Assembly (NCBI GenBank): GCA_944371605.1
Contig: CALVXU010000030.1
Location: 52,187-116,186, forward strand
Length of the DNA stretch: 64,000 bases
Direction of reading: 5' to 3'
Source: an uncultured Bacilli bacterium
Lineage (GTDB): Bacteria > Bacillota_I > Bacilli_A > RFN20 > CAG-288
A program made the translations under genes and the position numbers. Numbering within the stretch: the first letter of the stretch is position 1; each line of letters starts with the position of its first letter. The notes beneath the pieces were generated by a model that did not search any database, was not told the DNA's origin, and saw only the letters and a list, made by a program, of their open reading frames with translations. Of the stretch, positions 8,862 to 19,126 are shown one piece after another.

Positions 8862-9938
8862 ATGGATCAAAAAATAGACAGCTATTTAAGCGGAGACGAA
8901 TATTTAAAATACAATCTGATAGAAGATCTTCCTATCAAAAATGCTTTATGTGCATTTGAAAGATTACGTTTTAAAATTATTTTGAGTCAAAAGATAACTT
9001 TAACACGCGATGAAGTCATCACATATACAGAGCTGTGCCTATTAGATAACGATATAGAATTACCATATTCGCTTTCTTGTGATTTGATCAATTTATGTAA
9101 AAATAACGATTCACACGCTTTATTCTTGCAAGCTATCCTTTATGAAAAAGGTATACTTCCATTTGGAAAAGATTTTTCAAAAGCATTTAATTCATATAAC
9201 GAGGCATATAAACTAGGATATAAGAAAGCAAGTTATGATTTGGGACGATGCTATTTTAATGGGATAGGAGTAAGAAAAAATTATGATTTAGCAACATCTT
9301 ATTTAAAACTCAATTTGACGAATATCAAAGCTAAGACATATCTTGGCTATATTTATTTTTGTAATCACAACACTCAAGGTATTAAATTACTGAACGAGGC
9401 AAATGCCGATGAAGAAATAGAAAGCTTCTATTACTTAGGAAGTATTTACGAGCAAAACAACAATATCAATAAAGCTTTACTTTATTATCGAACAGGCTCA
9501 GACCTAGGCGAAAAAAGATGTCATTTTAAAGCTGGATATCTTCTATATCATAGTAGCAATGATTACTATAAGAAAATTGCAAAACATTACTTAGAACGAT
9601 CAAAAGATGATAAATGTGCACTAGAATTACTTGGCGATATCGCCAAAGAAGAAAAAGAAGAATACTTAAATTATTACTATCAAGCATTTCTCAAAGGAGC
9701 TGATGGGCAAAAATACGCACTTTCACTTTTAGAAAATCCTAAAACCAGTAGAAAAGGAGCCCAGATTTTAAAATCGATAGCTAAAACAAACAGTTCAGCA
9801 GATTTTTACCTATTTAAGTATTATAAAGAACTAAACCAATCAAAAACTGCAAAATTCTATTTAAAACGAGCAGTGAATAAGAGGTGTAAAAATGCGATTG
9901 AATATGCTGAGGAATATTATCCATCACTATTAAAATAA
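8862..9938 (+). CDS. Sel1-like (SLR/TPR) repeat protein
   Basis: 358 aa. Repeated A-x-x-YxLGxxYxxGxGVxKNxxxAxxY(L) units, e.g. ASYDLGRCYFNGIGVRKNYDLATSYL. Confidence 0.75.
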   Translation: MDQKIDSYLSGDEYLKYNLIEDLPIKNALCAFERLRFKIILSQKITLTRDEVITYTELCLLDNDIELPYSLSCDLINLCKNNDSHALFLQAILYEKGILPFGKDFSKAFNSYNEAYKLGYKKASYDLGRCYFNGIGVRKNYDLATSYLKLNLTNIKAKTYLGYIYFCNHNTQGIKLLNEANADEEIESFYYLGSIYEQNNNINKALLYYRTGSDLGEKRCHFKAGYLLYHSSNDYYKKIAKHYLERSKDDKCALELLGDIAKEEKEEYLNYYYQAFLKGADGQKYALSLLENPKTSRKGAQILKSIAKTNSSADFYLFKYYKELNQSKTAKFYLKRAVNKRCKNAIEYAEEYYPSLLK

Positions 9939-9981
9939 TTGTTTATCATAAAATTAGTATTAAAATGGTAAAATATTATTC

Positions 9982-12414
9982 GTGAATTATGAATTAAACA
10001 TTTCAGTCCATGAAGTCGTTGACACCATCCTTAGACGTGGCCATTTGGATACTAGGATTTTTAATCAAGCTAGTATGAATGAAGGTTCAGCACTTCACCG
10101 CATTTATCAAGACCAACAAAACAGCACCTATCAATCTGAGGTGTCTCTTGATGATATTTTTCAAATTGATGATTTTATTTGCAAAGTTTCTGGTAAAGCA
10201 GATGGCTTATTTTTTGATCATAACATTTGGTGCATTGAAGAAATAAAAACAACAAATTCCGATTTAGAATCATTCATTTCTAATCAAAGCGAATGGCATT
10301 TGGGACAAGCCATGTTTTATGCTTATTTTTTTGCTAAAAGGCAAGCCTTAGATAGAATACAAATCATATTGACATATATTAGTCAAATAAACTTTTCTAA
10401 ACAGAAACGCATCATCAAACAATTCAGTTTTGATGAAATCAGCAATTATGTAAACGACATAATGATTCGATATGTAAACTTCATCAAAAAAATTAAAAAA
10501 TTAAAAGATGAAAGAAATGAATCTTGGAAAGAAATACCTTTCCCATTCAAAGATTACCGCAAGGGACAAAAACGTTTGATAGACTTTGTTAATAAAGCTC
10601 AAAATGAAAGCAGAAACGTCTATATAGAAGCTCCGACTGGTATCGGTAAAACTGTTTCAGTTTTATATCCTAGCTTAAAGCGTTTCGCTTCGAATGAGGC
10701 AGACCATATCTTTTATTTAACCAGTAAAAATTCAATCAAAAAAATAGCTGTTCAGACATTAAAATTATTTTCACTTCTAGGATCTAAAGCCCGCTGTATT
10801 GAATTTACGAGCAAAGAAAACATCTGCTTTAATGACAAAAAAGGGCACTGCAATCCTGACGAATGTCCATTTGCACAATACTTTTACGATAAAATTTTAA
10901 CAGCAGTCATCGATGGGTTGTATGCTAATGAAATTCTTGATAAAAATACTATTAAAGATATTTGTTATGCAAAACAGATTTGCCCATATTATTTCCAGTT
11001 TGAAATAGCCAAATACTCTGATGTTCTCATATGTGATTATTCATATGTTTTTAACTATGCATCAACGTTAAAATTCCTTGATGATTCATATGAAACAAAA
11101 GATTATTTACTCATCGATGAGTGCCACAATTTACCAGATAGAGTAAGAGATATATTTTCAGCTGAAATCACATTAGATGATATTAAAAAAGCGTATCACT
11201 TAACATCTGGTGAATATTTAAAAAAAATACATAGAAAATTGAATAAACTCAAAAAACTCTTTTTAAATTATCCGATTGATAGCGAAAAATTAGTCAAGAA
11301 TAAAGATGTTATTTATGAGATGGATGAGATACCTTTAACCATTTCAAATCTGTTGAATGACATATTGCTAGATTTCAAGTCTCTATTGAGAAAAAATCCA
11401 TATGCAGAAGGAGCTAAATTTGAACCAGTTGATGATAAGCTTATGGAATTTTTCTATAAATTAATTGATTTTGAAGATATTTACAACCTTTCAGCTACTG
11501 AAGAAGACGCTAAAAATTTTTGCTTTTATTTTATTTTAGATTCAGAGTCAAAGCCATATGTCTTGCGCATTGCTAATATCGCGAGCAAACCATATATAAA
11601 ACAGACTTTAAATAATTTCCAGTCATCTGTTTTCTTTTCAGCAACACTTTCTCCAAAAGAATACTATATCGATCTTCTTGGTGGCGACAATACTGTAAAA
11701 TCAAACATTTTATTGCTTGAATCTCCTTTTCCTAAAGAACGATGTAAAGTACTCATCGATACTAGTCATTCCCTGAAATACGAATATCGCAAACAAAATA
11801 TCGGTTCTATTTATGAATTTATCAAAGCTAGTATCTCTGCAAAAAAAGGCAATTATTTTATATATTGTCCATCATATGAATATTTAAATGACTTGCGAAC
11901 TTATTTTGATAAAGATGATTTAAATATTGACATCTTATATCAAACAAGGCAAATGTCTGATACTGATAAAGAAATATTTTTAAGCTCATTTAGAGAGGAT
12001 AATATCAAGACAACGGTTGGAGTGTTGGTTCTAGGCGGAGTTTTTTCTGAAGGGATCGATTTGACTGGGAATCGTTTGATAGGCAGCATCATCATTTCTG
12101 TCGGCATACCACAAATCAATTTTGAAAGTGATAAGATCAAATCGTATTATCAAGATGAAGATATCCCGCAAAAAGGCTATTTATATGCATATGCCTATCC
12201 TGGATTTAACAGAGTTTTACAGGCAGCTGGCCGAGTCATCAGAACACCGATAGATAAAGGATTCATTTTCTTTATCGATCAAAGATTTAATTATAAAATC
12301 TATAAGGATATCATTAAAGAAATATTTCCACAGGCGATCAAAGCAATATCGCCTAGTCAAGTAAAAGCTACATTAACACGCTTCTTTGAAGAGGAGGACC
12401 CCTATGAACTTTGA
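9982..12414 (+). CDS. PD-(D/E)xK nuclease domain fused to an XPD/DinG-type (Rad3-like) Fe-S helicase
   Basis: 810 aa, GTG start. N-terminus has GKADGLF...IEEIKTT (D...ExK). Helicase motifs are APTGIGKT (I), LLIDECHNL (DEAH-type II) and QAAGRVIRT (VI). Cys cluster [16 protein letters not shown]...CPYY lies between motifs I and II. Confidence 0.75.
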   Translation: MNYELNISVHEVVDTILRRGHLDTRIFNQASMNEGSALHRIYQDQQNSTYQSEVSLDDIFQIDDFICKVSGKADGLFFDHNIWCIEEIKTTNSDLESFISNQSEWHLGQAMFYAYFFAKRQALDRIQIILTYISQINFSKQKRIIKQFSFDEISNYVNDIMIRYVNFIKKIKKLKDERNESWKEIPFPFKDYRKGQKRLIDFVNKAQNESRNVYIEAPTGIGKTVSVLYPSLKRFASNEADHIFYLTSKNSIKKIAVQTLKLFSLLGSKARCIEFTSKENICFNDKKGHCNPDECPFAQYFYDKILTAVIDGLYANEILDKNTIKDICYAKQICPYYFQFEIAKYSDVLICDYSYVFNYASTLKFLDDSYETKDYLLIDECHNLPDRVRDIFSAEITLDDIKKAYHLTSGEYLKKIHRKLNKLKKLFLNYPIDSEKLVKNKDVIYEMDEIPLTISNLLNDILLDFKSLLRKNPYAEGAKFEPVDDKLMEFFYKLIDFEDIYNLSATEEDAKNFCFYFILDSESKPYVLRIANIASKPYIKQTLNNFQSSVFFSATLSPKEYYIDLLGGDNTVKSNILLLESPFPKERCKVLIDTSHSLKYEYRKQNIGSIYEFIKASISAKKGNYFIYCPSYEYLNDLRTYFDKDDLNIDILYQTRQMSDTDKEIFLSSFREDNIKTTVGVLVLGGVFSEGIDLTGNRLIGSIIISVGIPQINFESDKIKSYYQDEDIPQKGYLYAYAYPGFNRVLQAAGRVIRTPIDKGFIFFIDQRFNYKIYKDIIKEIFPQAIKAISPSQVKATLTRFFEEEDPYEL

Positions 12415-14221
12415 TAAAAAACATATTAGAAATTTCTGTGTGATAGCTCATATCGATCATGGAAAATCTACTTTATGTGACAGAATTTTAGAAAAAACAG
12501 GTGCCGTTGAAACACGTTCGCTTCTGCCCCAATTTTTGGATGATATGAACATCGAGCGGGAACGTGGAATCACGATAAAGCTCAATGCGGTCAATGTGAC
12601 ATACAGGGCTAAAAATGGTGAACTCTATCTTTTTAATTTGATTGACACTCCAGGACACGTCGACTTCACTTATGAAGTCTCAAGATCTTTGAGCGCATGT
12701 GAGGGTGCATTATTAGTCGTCGATGCCACTCAAGGTGTTCAAGCTCAAACTCTAGCCAATGGTTATTTAGCAATAGATAATGGATTAAAAATCATCCCTG
12801 TTATCAATAAAGTAGATTTACCATCATCTGATGTTGAAAGATGTCAATTAGAGTTGATTGACACTTTAGCCATTGATCCTGATAAATGCTTGAGTGTATC
12901 TGCGAAAACAGGAATTGGAATCGATGAATTATTAGAACATATTGTCAATGATTTGCCAGCACCTTCTGGCGATGAAAATAAGCCTTTAAAAGCGATTATC
13001 TTTGATTCAAAGTTCGATTCTTATAGGGGCGTTATCATCCTTCTACGTGTGTTTTCTGGTACTATTAAAATCGGTGATAAAATACGTTTGATGTCTAATG
13101 GAAAAGTTTTCCAAGTCACTGAGCTTGGCATTAGAACACCTAAGGAACAAAAAGTAGATTCTTTAAAGGCTGGTGAAGTCGGATATCTCTGCGCATCGAT
13201 AAAAAATATTAAAGAAGTTTTTGTCGGTGATACTATCACTTTAGATGATGCGCCGACATCAACTCCATTAAAAGGATTCAGAAAGATACAGCCGATGGTC
13301 TACGCTGGACTTTATCCAAGCGATAATAAGGATTTTGAAAATCTTCATAACGCATTAGATAAATTAGCGTTAAACGATTCAGCTCTTGTATACGAACCTG
13401 AGACATCAGTTGCTCTCGGATCTGGCTTTAGATGCGGTTTTCTAGGCCTTTTACACATGGAAGTTATCCAAGAAAGATTAGAAGATGAATACGATTTAGA
13501 TCTAGTTTGCACTGCACCGTCTGTCGTCTATGAAGTCGTCTTTACCGATGGCCGTCATGAATTCATTCAAAATCCTGCTGATTTTCCTAAGGATCATACT
13601 AAAATTAAAGAAACTTATGAACCATTTGCTAAAGTGGAAATTATGACACCGAAGACATTTGTCGGAAATATTATGACTCTTTGCCAAAATAAAAGAGGTG
13701 ATTATCAAAATATGAATTATATTGATGAAACCCGTGTTTTACTAGAATATAAAATGCCGTTAAGCGAAATTGTTTTCGACTTTTTTGATAAATTGAAATC
13801 TGTATCTCAAGGATATGCTTCTTTAGATTACGAACTGACCGGATATGAAAAATCCGATGTTGAAAGAATGGATATTTTATTAAATGGTGAAGGAGTTGAT
13901 GCGTTGACCACTGTTGTATTTAGAGGAACTGCTTATCAAAGAGCTAGAGCTGTTGTGGACAAATTGAAAGATGTTATTCCTCGTCAGCAATTTGAAATAC
14001 CTATTCAGGCCTCATTAGGCAACAAGGTTATCGCTAGATCTGATATCAAAGCGGTGAGAAAGGATGTTTTGGCCAAATGCTATGGCGGTGATATCACAAG
14101 AAAGAAAAAATTGCTAGAAAAACAAAAGCGTGGCAAAAAGAGAATGAAAGAGTTTGGCAAAGTTCAAGTACCACAAGAGGCTTTCATTGCTATGTTGACT
14201 GTAGATGAAGGAAATAATTGA
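12404..14221 (+). CDS. lepA: Translation elongation factor 4 (LepA)
   Basis: [30 protein letters not shown] and the LepA C-terminal domain. Start set at ATG 12404, behind a GAGGAGGA Shine-Dalgarno site. Confidence 0.95.
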   Translation: MNFDKKHIRNFCVIAHIDHGKSTLCDRILEKTGAVETRSLLPQFLDDMNIERERGITIKLNAVNVTYRAKNGELYLFNLIDTPGHVDFTYEVSRSLSACEGALLVVDATQGVQAQTLANGYLAIDNGLKIIPVINKVDLPSSDVERCQLELIDTLAIDPDKCLSVSAKTGIGIDELLEHIVNDLPAPSGDENKPLKAIIFDSKFDSYRGVIILLRVFSGTIKIGDKIRLMSNGKVFQVTELGIRTPKEQKVDSLKAGEVGYLCASIKNIKEVFVGDTITLDDAPTSTPLKGFRKIQPMVYAGLYPSDNKDFENLHNALDKLALNDSALVYEPETSVALGSGFRCGFLGLLHMEVIQERLEDEYDLDLVCTAPSVVYEVVFTDGRHEFIQNPADFPKDHTKIKETYEPFAKVEIMTPKTFVGNIMTLCQNKRGDYQNMNYIDETRVLLEYKMPLSEIVFDFFDKLKSVSQGYASLDYELTGYEKSDVERMDILLNGEGVDALTTVVFRGTAYQRARAVVDKLKDVIPRQQFEIPIQASLGNKVIARSDIKAVRKDVLAKCYGGDITRKKKLLEKQKRGKKRMKEFGKVQVPQEAFIAMLTVDEGNN

Positions 14222-14223
14222 TT

Positions 14224-15498
14224 ATGAAAACAGAAGAAGGTATTAAATTCACTGACAGTAATTATGCAACCAAAGAAGAAATCTCTAGATTCTATAATAA
14301 AACGAATGTCGATGATATCATCAGACGGGTTAAAGACTATAGAAGCTATTTTGATTATAAAACTAGTTTAAGAACTCTCGATGATGGATTTTATAATCTC
14401 TGTTTGACCAAGCCCCTACTGAGCTCTGCTTACAAGCTCGAGCGAGAATTATTACAATTGGAGCTGGAGTTGATGAGCGTTTCTCCTGAAGTTTTACAAG
14501 AAATAAAATCAACATATAAACTATATTCTTTGTCAGCATGTTGTAAAAATATCGGCGTCACTCAAAATGAAAATACACTGAGAAAAATAGTCAGTAACTC
14601 TTTGTCAGCTCTCCCTACCGAATTCTATATCATTCAAGCCTATTCAAACACCTATTCTTTCGCACAAAATTTAAACCAAATCGACATCAATATAATTTAT
14701 GAAATCAACAAAAAACTGATCATGGATGACGAAGCAACCGAGATCAAATTTCGCTCTGGAAATATTGAAAATTTTAATAATCCACTCATTCCGATATCGG
14801 CCGAGAAAATACAATCCCATCTAGATTCTTTGATTGATACTTTAAGTGATGAGATCATACCGATGATTCTAAGAAGCTGTATCATCATCTATTTCTTTTT
14901 AGCTGCTAGACCATTTGAGTTCTCGAATGAAGAGACTGGTAGTATATTTGCTAAAACTTTTTTGCATAATTGTGGACTGAAGAATACTTCGTTTCTTTTA
15001 GATTTTGAATCGCTTGCTTTTTCAAAATCTAGGTTAGTATTTGAAAGATTAAAAACGACACAGGATAATGATGATTTAACATATGCATGTATCTCATATA
15101 TAAATTTTCTAGAAAAACAATTTTATATATTGAAAGAAAAAGTGGATGAAATTATTTCTAAATCTAAAGATGAGAATGATAACGATGTTTTAATATCTCA
15201 ATCAACAGACATGGCCTTACCAGTTTTTCCTATATCAAAAAGTCAAGAAGAGATTGAAGAGCTTACTGATAAGCTTCTAAAAACTTATCCAACTTTAAAG
15301 AAAAAACAGGCCCATTTTTATGCTGGTCATTGCACAATCGGCTTACATTATACTGTCAATGATTTTAAAGAATATGAAAAAACCGTCTATGAAACTGCAA
15401 GAACTTCGATGGAAGATCTTGCGAATAAAGGGTTTTATAAAAAAGAAAAATGTTTCAAAAAATTCATCTACACTCCAATACCGATTAAAGGAGAATAA
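14224..15498 (+). CDS. Fic-fold-like protein with degenerate active-site motif (hypothetical)
   Basis: About 424 aa. IIIYFFLAARPFEFSNEETGSIF sits where Fic proteins carry (hydrophobic helix)-HPFx(D/E)GNGRxxR. The C-terminal ...ETARTSMEDLANKGFYKK... resembles the Fic-associated wHTH. ATG at 14224 follows the lepA stop directly. Confidence 0.45.
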   Translation: MKTEEGIKFTDSNYATKEEISRFYNKTNVDDIIRRVKDYRSYFDYKTSLRTLDDGFYNLCLTKPLLSSAYKLERELLQLELELMSVSPEVLQEIKSTYKLYSLSACCKNIGVTQNENTLRKIVSNSLSALPTEFYIIQAYSNTYSFAQNLNQIDINIIYEINKKLIMDDEATEIKFRSGNIENFNNPLIPISAEKIQSHLDSLIDTLSDEIIPMILRSCIIIYFFLAARPFEFSNEETGSIFAKTFLHNCGLKNTSFLLDFESLAFSKSRLVFERLKTTQDNDDLTYACISYINFLEKQFYILKEKVDEIISKSKDENDNDVLISQSTDMALPVFPISKSQEEIEELTDKLLKTYPTLKKKQAHFYAGHCTIGLHYTVNDFKEYEKTVYETARTSMEDLANKGFYKKEKCFKKFIYTPIPIKGE

Positions 15499-15500
15499 TC

Positions 15501-15812
15501 ATGTTTTTAGTCACAATGCCAACGTGGAGTATCATATTAATCATCTTGGTAGTTTTAGTAGGAGTAATTCTAGCATTAATTTACTTCATACCAAGTCTAA
15601 AACCAAAAAGAGAGAAGAAAGATCCGAAAGATTTTGCACAAGAAAACGTTGATACATTTGTAGTCAAGCCTAAGCTCATTCTTCCTGATGATGATAAATT
15701 ACTTTCTTATTTAACTAGCAAAGAAAAAGAATTAAATATTATTTTTACTGATATCGATATCGAATGTTTGTTAATTCAGCTCAGGCAAGATTTTAAGGAC
15801 AATCATAAATGA
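15501..15812 (+). CDS. Small membrane-anchored hypothetical protein
   Basis: 103 aa. One N-terminal TM (WSIILIILVVLVGVILALIYFI). 2-nt gap to the upstream gene and 4-nt overlap with hemW. Confidence 0.4.
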   Translation: MFLVTMPTWSIILIILVVLVGVILALIYFIPSLKPKREKKDPKDFAQENVDTFVVKPKLILPDDDKLLSYLTSKEKELNIIFTDIDIECLLIQLRQDFKDNHK

Positions 15813-16897
15813 TCAATTCCTTATATATCCATATTCCATTTTGTGATCATATATGTGCATACTGTGATTTTCCAAAGCAACTTATTCAGTATTCAAAAAC
15901 TGAAGAATATTTGAATGCCTTAATCGACGAAATCAATGAGCTTAAAATACCTGATGATCAATTAAGAACGATTTATATCGGTGGTGGCACACCGACTTCT
16001 CTTTCTTTATCGCAGCTAGAGATTTTACTTTTCTATTTAAAATCTCATTTTAAAAAACTTGATGAATTCACTATTGAAGCCAACCCTGAAGGACTTAATT
16101 TTGAAAAGCTGCAATTGATTAAACAAAGCGGCATAAACCGAATTTCTTTAGGAGTTCAATCTAGTTCTAACAGAATTTTAGAAAAACTAGGTCGACATCA
16201 TTGTCGAAAAGATGTAGTAAATGCTGTTGATATGATCAAGAAAATTGGAATCTATAATTTTAATCTAGATTTCATCTATGGATTAGAAAACACTTCTATA
16301 AACGATGTTAAAAATGATTTAGAATTTGCACTATCTCTTCAGCCAAAACATCTATCATTCTACTCATTACAAATAGAGCCTAACACATATTTTTATATCA
16401 ACAAAACTAAAACTGTTAGTGATGATGAATTGGCAGATATTTATGCTTATATTTCTAAGACACTAGAGGAGAATTCTTTTGTTCACTACGAAATTTCCAA
16501 TTTCGCCTTACCTGGTTTTGAATCAAAACACAATTTAACCTATTGGCATGACCAACAATATTATGCTGTTGGATTAGGTGCTAGTAGCTATGTAGGAAAT
16601 AAACGTGAAACTAATACTCTATCAATGAAAAAATATCTAGAAAAAAAGTTGGACAAAAAAACTGAATTTATCTCAAAGAAAGACGAAGAATTTGAATTTA
16701 TTATGCTTAATCTGAGATTAAAAGAAGGTTTTTCATTATCTGAATATTTTGATAGATTCAATATAGACTTTCTCCAAAAATACCGAGATAAAATCGCCAA
16801 AGAAAAAGAATATTTAATAATTAAAAATGGTAGAGTATCTGTTAAACCAAGCTATTTTTATATCTTAGATACTATTTTTCTTAATTTGATTTCATAA
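15809..16897 (+). CDS. hemW: Radical SAM heme chaperone HemW (HemN-like)
   Basis: 362 aa. YIHIPFCDHICAYCDF (CxxxCxxC), GGGTPT and the HemN C-terminal domain. Confidence 0.9.
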   Translation: MINSLYIHIPFCDHICAYCDFPKQLIQYSKTEEYLNALIDEINELKIPDDQLRTIYIGGGTPTSLSLSQLEILLFYLKSHFKKLDEFTIEANPEGLNFEKLQLIKQSGINRISLGVQSSSNRILEKLGRHHCRKDVVNAVDMIKKIGIYNFNLDFIYGLENTSINDVKNDLEFALSLQPKHLSFYSLQIEPNTYFYINKTKTVSDDELADIYAYISKTLEENSFVHYEISNFALPGFESKHNLTYWHDQQYYAVGLGASSYVGNKRETNTLSMKKYLEKKLDKKTEFISKKDEEFEFIMLNLRLKEGFSLSEYFDRFNIDFLQKYRDKIAKEKEYLIIKNGRVSVKPSYFYILDTIFLNLIS

Positions 16898-16938
16898 ATT
16901 TTATTTGCTTACTAAGATTTCAAATTGTCACGAAAATA

Positions 16939-16960
16939 AGACTTGTTAAGTCTCATTTTT
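16939..16960 (+). terminator. Weak candidate terminator after hemW
   Basis: AGACTT-gtt-AAGTCT hairpin followed by caTTTTT. The stem is short. Confidence 0.3.
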
Positions 16961-17029
16961 ATCCATGACTATAGAAGAACAATAATTCACTGTCGAAAGG
17001 ATATTAATTCTTCTAGAGAGGTATTATAA

Positions 17030-17434
17030 ATGATAGACTTAGAAAAACTAAAGGAAGAGTCGAATCCGATGAAGTGTATGAAGAAAATTCGTGATTGCTA
17101 CATCGCAGTTAGTAACTATCTTTTCATCTCTTACCCACAAGAAATGGCAATACTATTCGATGGGAAAGATGATGCCATTCCAACAATTAAGAAGGCTGTT
17201 TCATTTATGAAGAGTGGTATTCTTGAAAAAGAGAATGACAAAACCCGCTATGTTTTATCGGTCATTTTTATTCTTAATTCAATCGAATCAATCTATGGAA
17301 ACCTGCTTTGGAAATCTTATTTTCGTGGAGTACATGATAATAGCTGGCGCTTGAAATTTTCAAAATCTAGTTACTATCGAATTAAATACAAAGCTGTAGT
17401 GATGTTTTTAAACATGCTTTTAGAAAATTATTAA
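17030..17434 (+). CDS. Hypothetical protein; C-terminus resembles an ArpU/sigma-70 region-4-type HTH
   Basis: 134 aa. GAGAGG Shine-Dalgarno site upstream. The C-terminal SWRLKFSKSSYYRIKYKAVVMFLNML is similar to ArpU-family or sigma region-4 helices. Weak call. Confidence 0.35.
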   Translation: MIDLEKLKEESNPMKCMKKIRDCYIAVSNYLFISYPQEMAILFDGKDDAIPTIKKAVSFMKSGILEKENDKTRYVLSVIFILNSIESIYGNLLWKSYFRGVHDNSWRLKFSKSSYYRIKYKAVVMFLNMLLENY

Positions 17435-17486
17435 TTCATCGAACAAACTAGCACTTCTTAATCAATAATAGGTAAGAGGTGCTAGA

Positions 17487-18161
17487 ATGAATGAAATATT
17501 AAAATTATTCAAAGAAGATAAAGCGATATCTATAGGACTATTACTTACATCGATTTTTTATTTCTTTCTATTTTCAAATAAATTATTATCATTATTAGCT
17601 TGCCTTTTAAATATTCTTTTTTCTTTAATTTTGCTTAAGAAAAGCAATGATTTATATACAAATAAAGAAAACAAATTAGCCTGCTCTAGTTTTCTCTTTT
17701 CTTTCTTGACGAATCTAGAAAATAACAAAGGCACAAAAGAGAGCTATGAAACAGCATCCAAATATCTAGTCGGTCATATAGATGTTAAAAACTATGATAA
17801 CTTTATCAATGAAGGACTCGATTTAATCGATCATGAACATAATAAAAAAATACTGAACTATTTGTGCGAAAAAGAAAGAAACAACGAAATACACTTATTA
17901 AATTATCATGAGTTGCTTGAAACTCTCGACAATGAAAAAAGAAATATTAAATCTTCACTAGTCAAAGCAAAAAGACATATTCACAAAACGCAACTAGCAC
18001 TTTTATTTCTATTGCTGATACTGGCTCTGATCATCAATTTATCAACTGTTGTCATGAACACAATAAATTGTCCTATCTATAACATTCTGGGATTGATTTC
18101 TGCATCTTTATTTTATCCATCTCTCATTTATGATTATTATTTAAAATTAAAAAGGATTTAA
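17487..18161 (+). CDS. Hypothetical membrane protein (TM - charged soluble domain - TM)
   Basis: 224 aa. AAGAGGTG Shine-Dalgarno site. Hydrophobic segments at both ends flank a ~120-aa charged middle. Confidence 0.45.
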   Translation: MNEILKLFKEDKAISIGLLLTSIFYFFLFSNKLLSLLACLLNILFSLILLKKSNDLYTNKENKLACSSFLFSFLTNLENNKGTKESYETASKYLVGHIDVKNYDNFINEGLDLIDHEHNKKILNYLCEKERNNEIHLLNYHELLETLDNEKRNIKSSLVKAKRHIHKTQLALLFLLLILALIINLSTVVMNTINCPIYNILGLISASLFYPSLIYDYYLKLKRI

Positions 18162-18162
18162 T

Positions 18163-18780
18163 ATGTTTAAAAAATTATCACTAAAATTAGAAAAGAAAAA
18201 GAAAAAAGATTCTGTAAAAAATTATACTTTGCTCATAATTTCAGCAATAAGTATCACTGTCTTTCTTTTAATCTTAATTTTCACTTATGAATTATTGCTA
18301 GCGCTGATAGCTGGGACATGTGTTTTCTTTTTGCTCTACTACTCGTTTGATGGATTTTCATTAAATAAAAAGACATTAAAAGATTATGAATACGAAAATG
18401 AAAAGTTAGATTTTTACAAAATGTTTTTACTATATTCAACCTTAGAAAACGATTATTTAGTAGGTTTTACCAAAGCCGTAAATTCATTGAATATTTCCGA
18501 ATTAAAAGATTCTCTATTAAATTATCAAGAAGCTGACTATGATGGAAAACTACCGATCACAGAAACAAATTCACTTTTAGGAAATGAAATTATAGACATA
18601 ATATATAGCTCAATTCATGATAAAAAAGAGACTGATTTTAGTACAATTGATAGGCTTAAAAATTTAATAAAACAAAAACAAGACGAAATTGAAAGTTTAC
18701 ACTTTTCTAGCTTTCAGTCCGTCAACATTGTTTTAGCGATTTATCTCTTATCATTCACTTTAGCGTTTTCATTAAAATGA
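18163..18780 (+). CDS. Hypothetical membrane protein (same architecture as the preceding gene)
   Basis: 205 aa. 1-nt gap from the upstream stop. N-terminal TM pair, ~120-aa soluble middle, C-terminal TM. Confidence 0.45.
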   Translation: MFKKLSLKLEKKKKKDSVKNYTLLIISAISITVFLLILIFTYELLLALIAGTCVFFLLYYSFDGFSLNKKTLKDYEYENEKLDFYKMFLLYSTLENDYLVGFTKAVNSLNISELKDSLLNYQEADYDGKLPITETNSLLGNEIIDIIYSSIHDKKETDFSTIDRLKNLIKQKQDEIESLHFSSFQSVNIVLAIYLLSFTLAFSLK

Positions 18781-19073
18781 ATTTTATAAGATTTTGTTCG
18801 CTTTTTGTTATCTTAACACCGATTTATCGTGATGTCCTCACCTTAACTGAATTTTATAACGATTTAAAAAAGTATGAACCTATTGTAGAAAAAGCTCTTG
18901 AAGATGAGATATCACCAAGCGAAGTTTTAAATGGCAAACTCAGATACATTTGTCTTTCTGGATGCTATCAAAATATAGATATAACTTCTATTCATTACAT
19001 TCTAAGAGGTGAAACCCCATTGTACTTGTGTTCTAAATATCCCGAAAAAGAGTATATTTTTTATCGAATTTAA
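18777..19073 (+). CDS. Small hypothetical protein with hydrophobic N-terminus
   Basis: 98 aa. ATGA start/stop overlap with the upstream gene. Confidence 0.35.
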   Translation: MNFIRFCSLFVILTPIYRDVLTLTEFYNDLKKYEPIVEKALEDEISPSEVLNGKLRYICLSGCYQNIDITSIHYILRGETPLYLCSKYPEKEYIFYRI

Positions 19074-19126
19074 GTACAAAAAGTTATATACTAAGACACG
19101 TCAAAACTAAAATGATGAGGTGACAC

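Noticed and set aside
18781-19126. Possible T-box leader upstream of tyrS.
   Set aside because: Only 53 nt of non-coding DNA precede tyrS. I could not find a T-box sequence (AAxxGGGTGGTACCGCG-like) or a terminator/antiterminator pair in the 350 nt upstream, which read as a coupled ORF instead.
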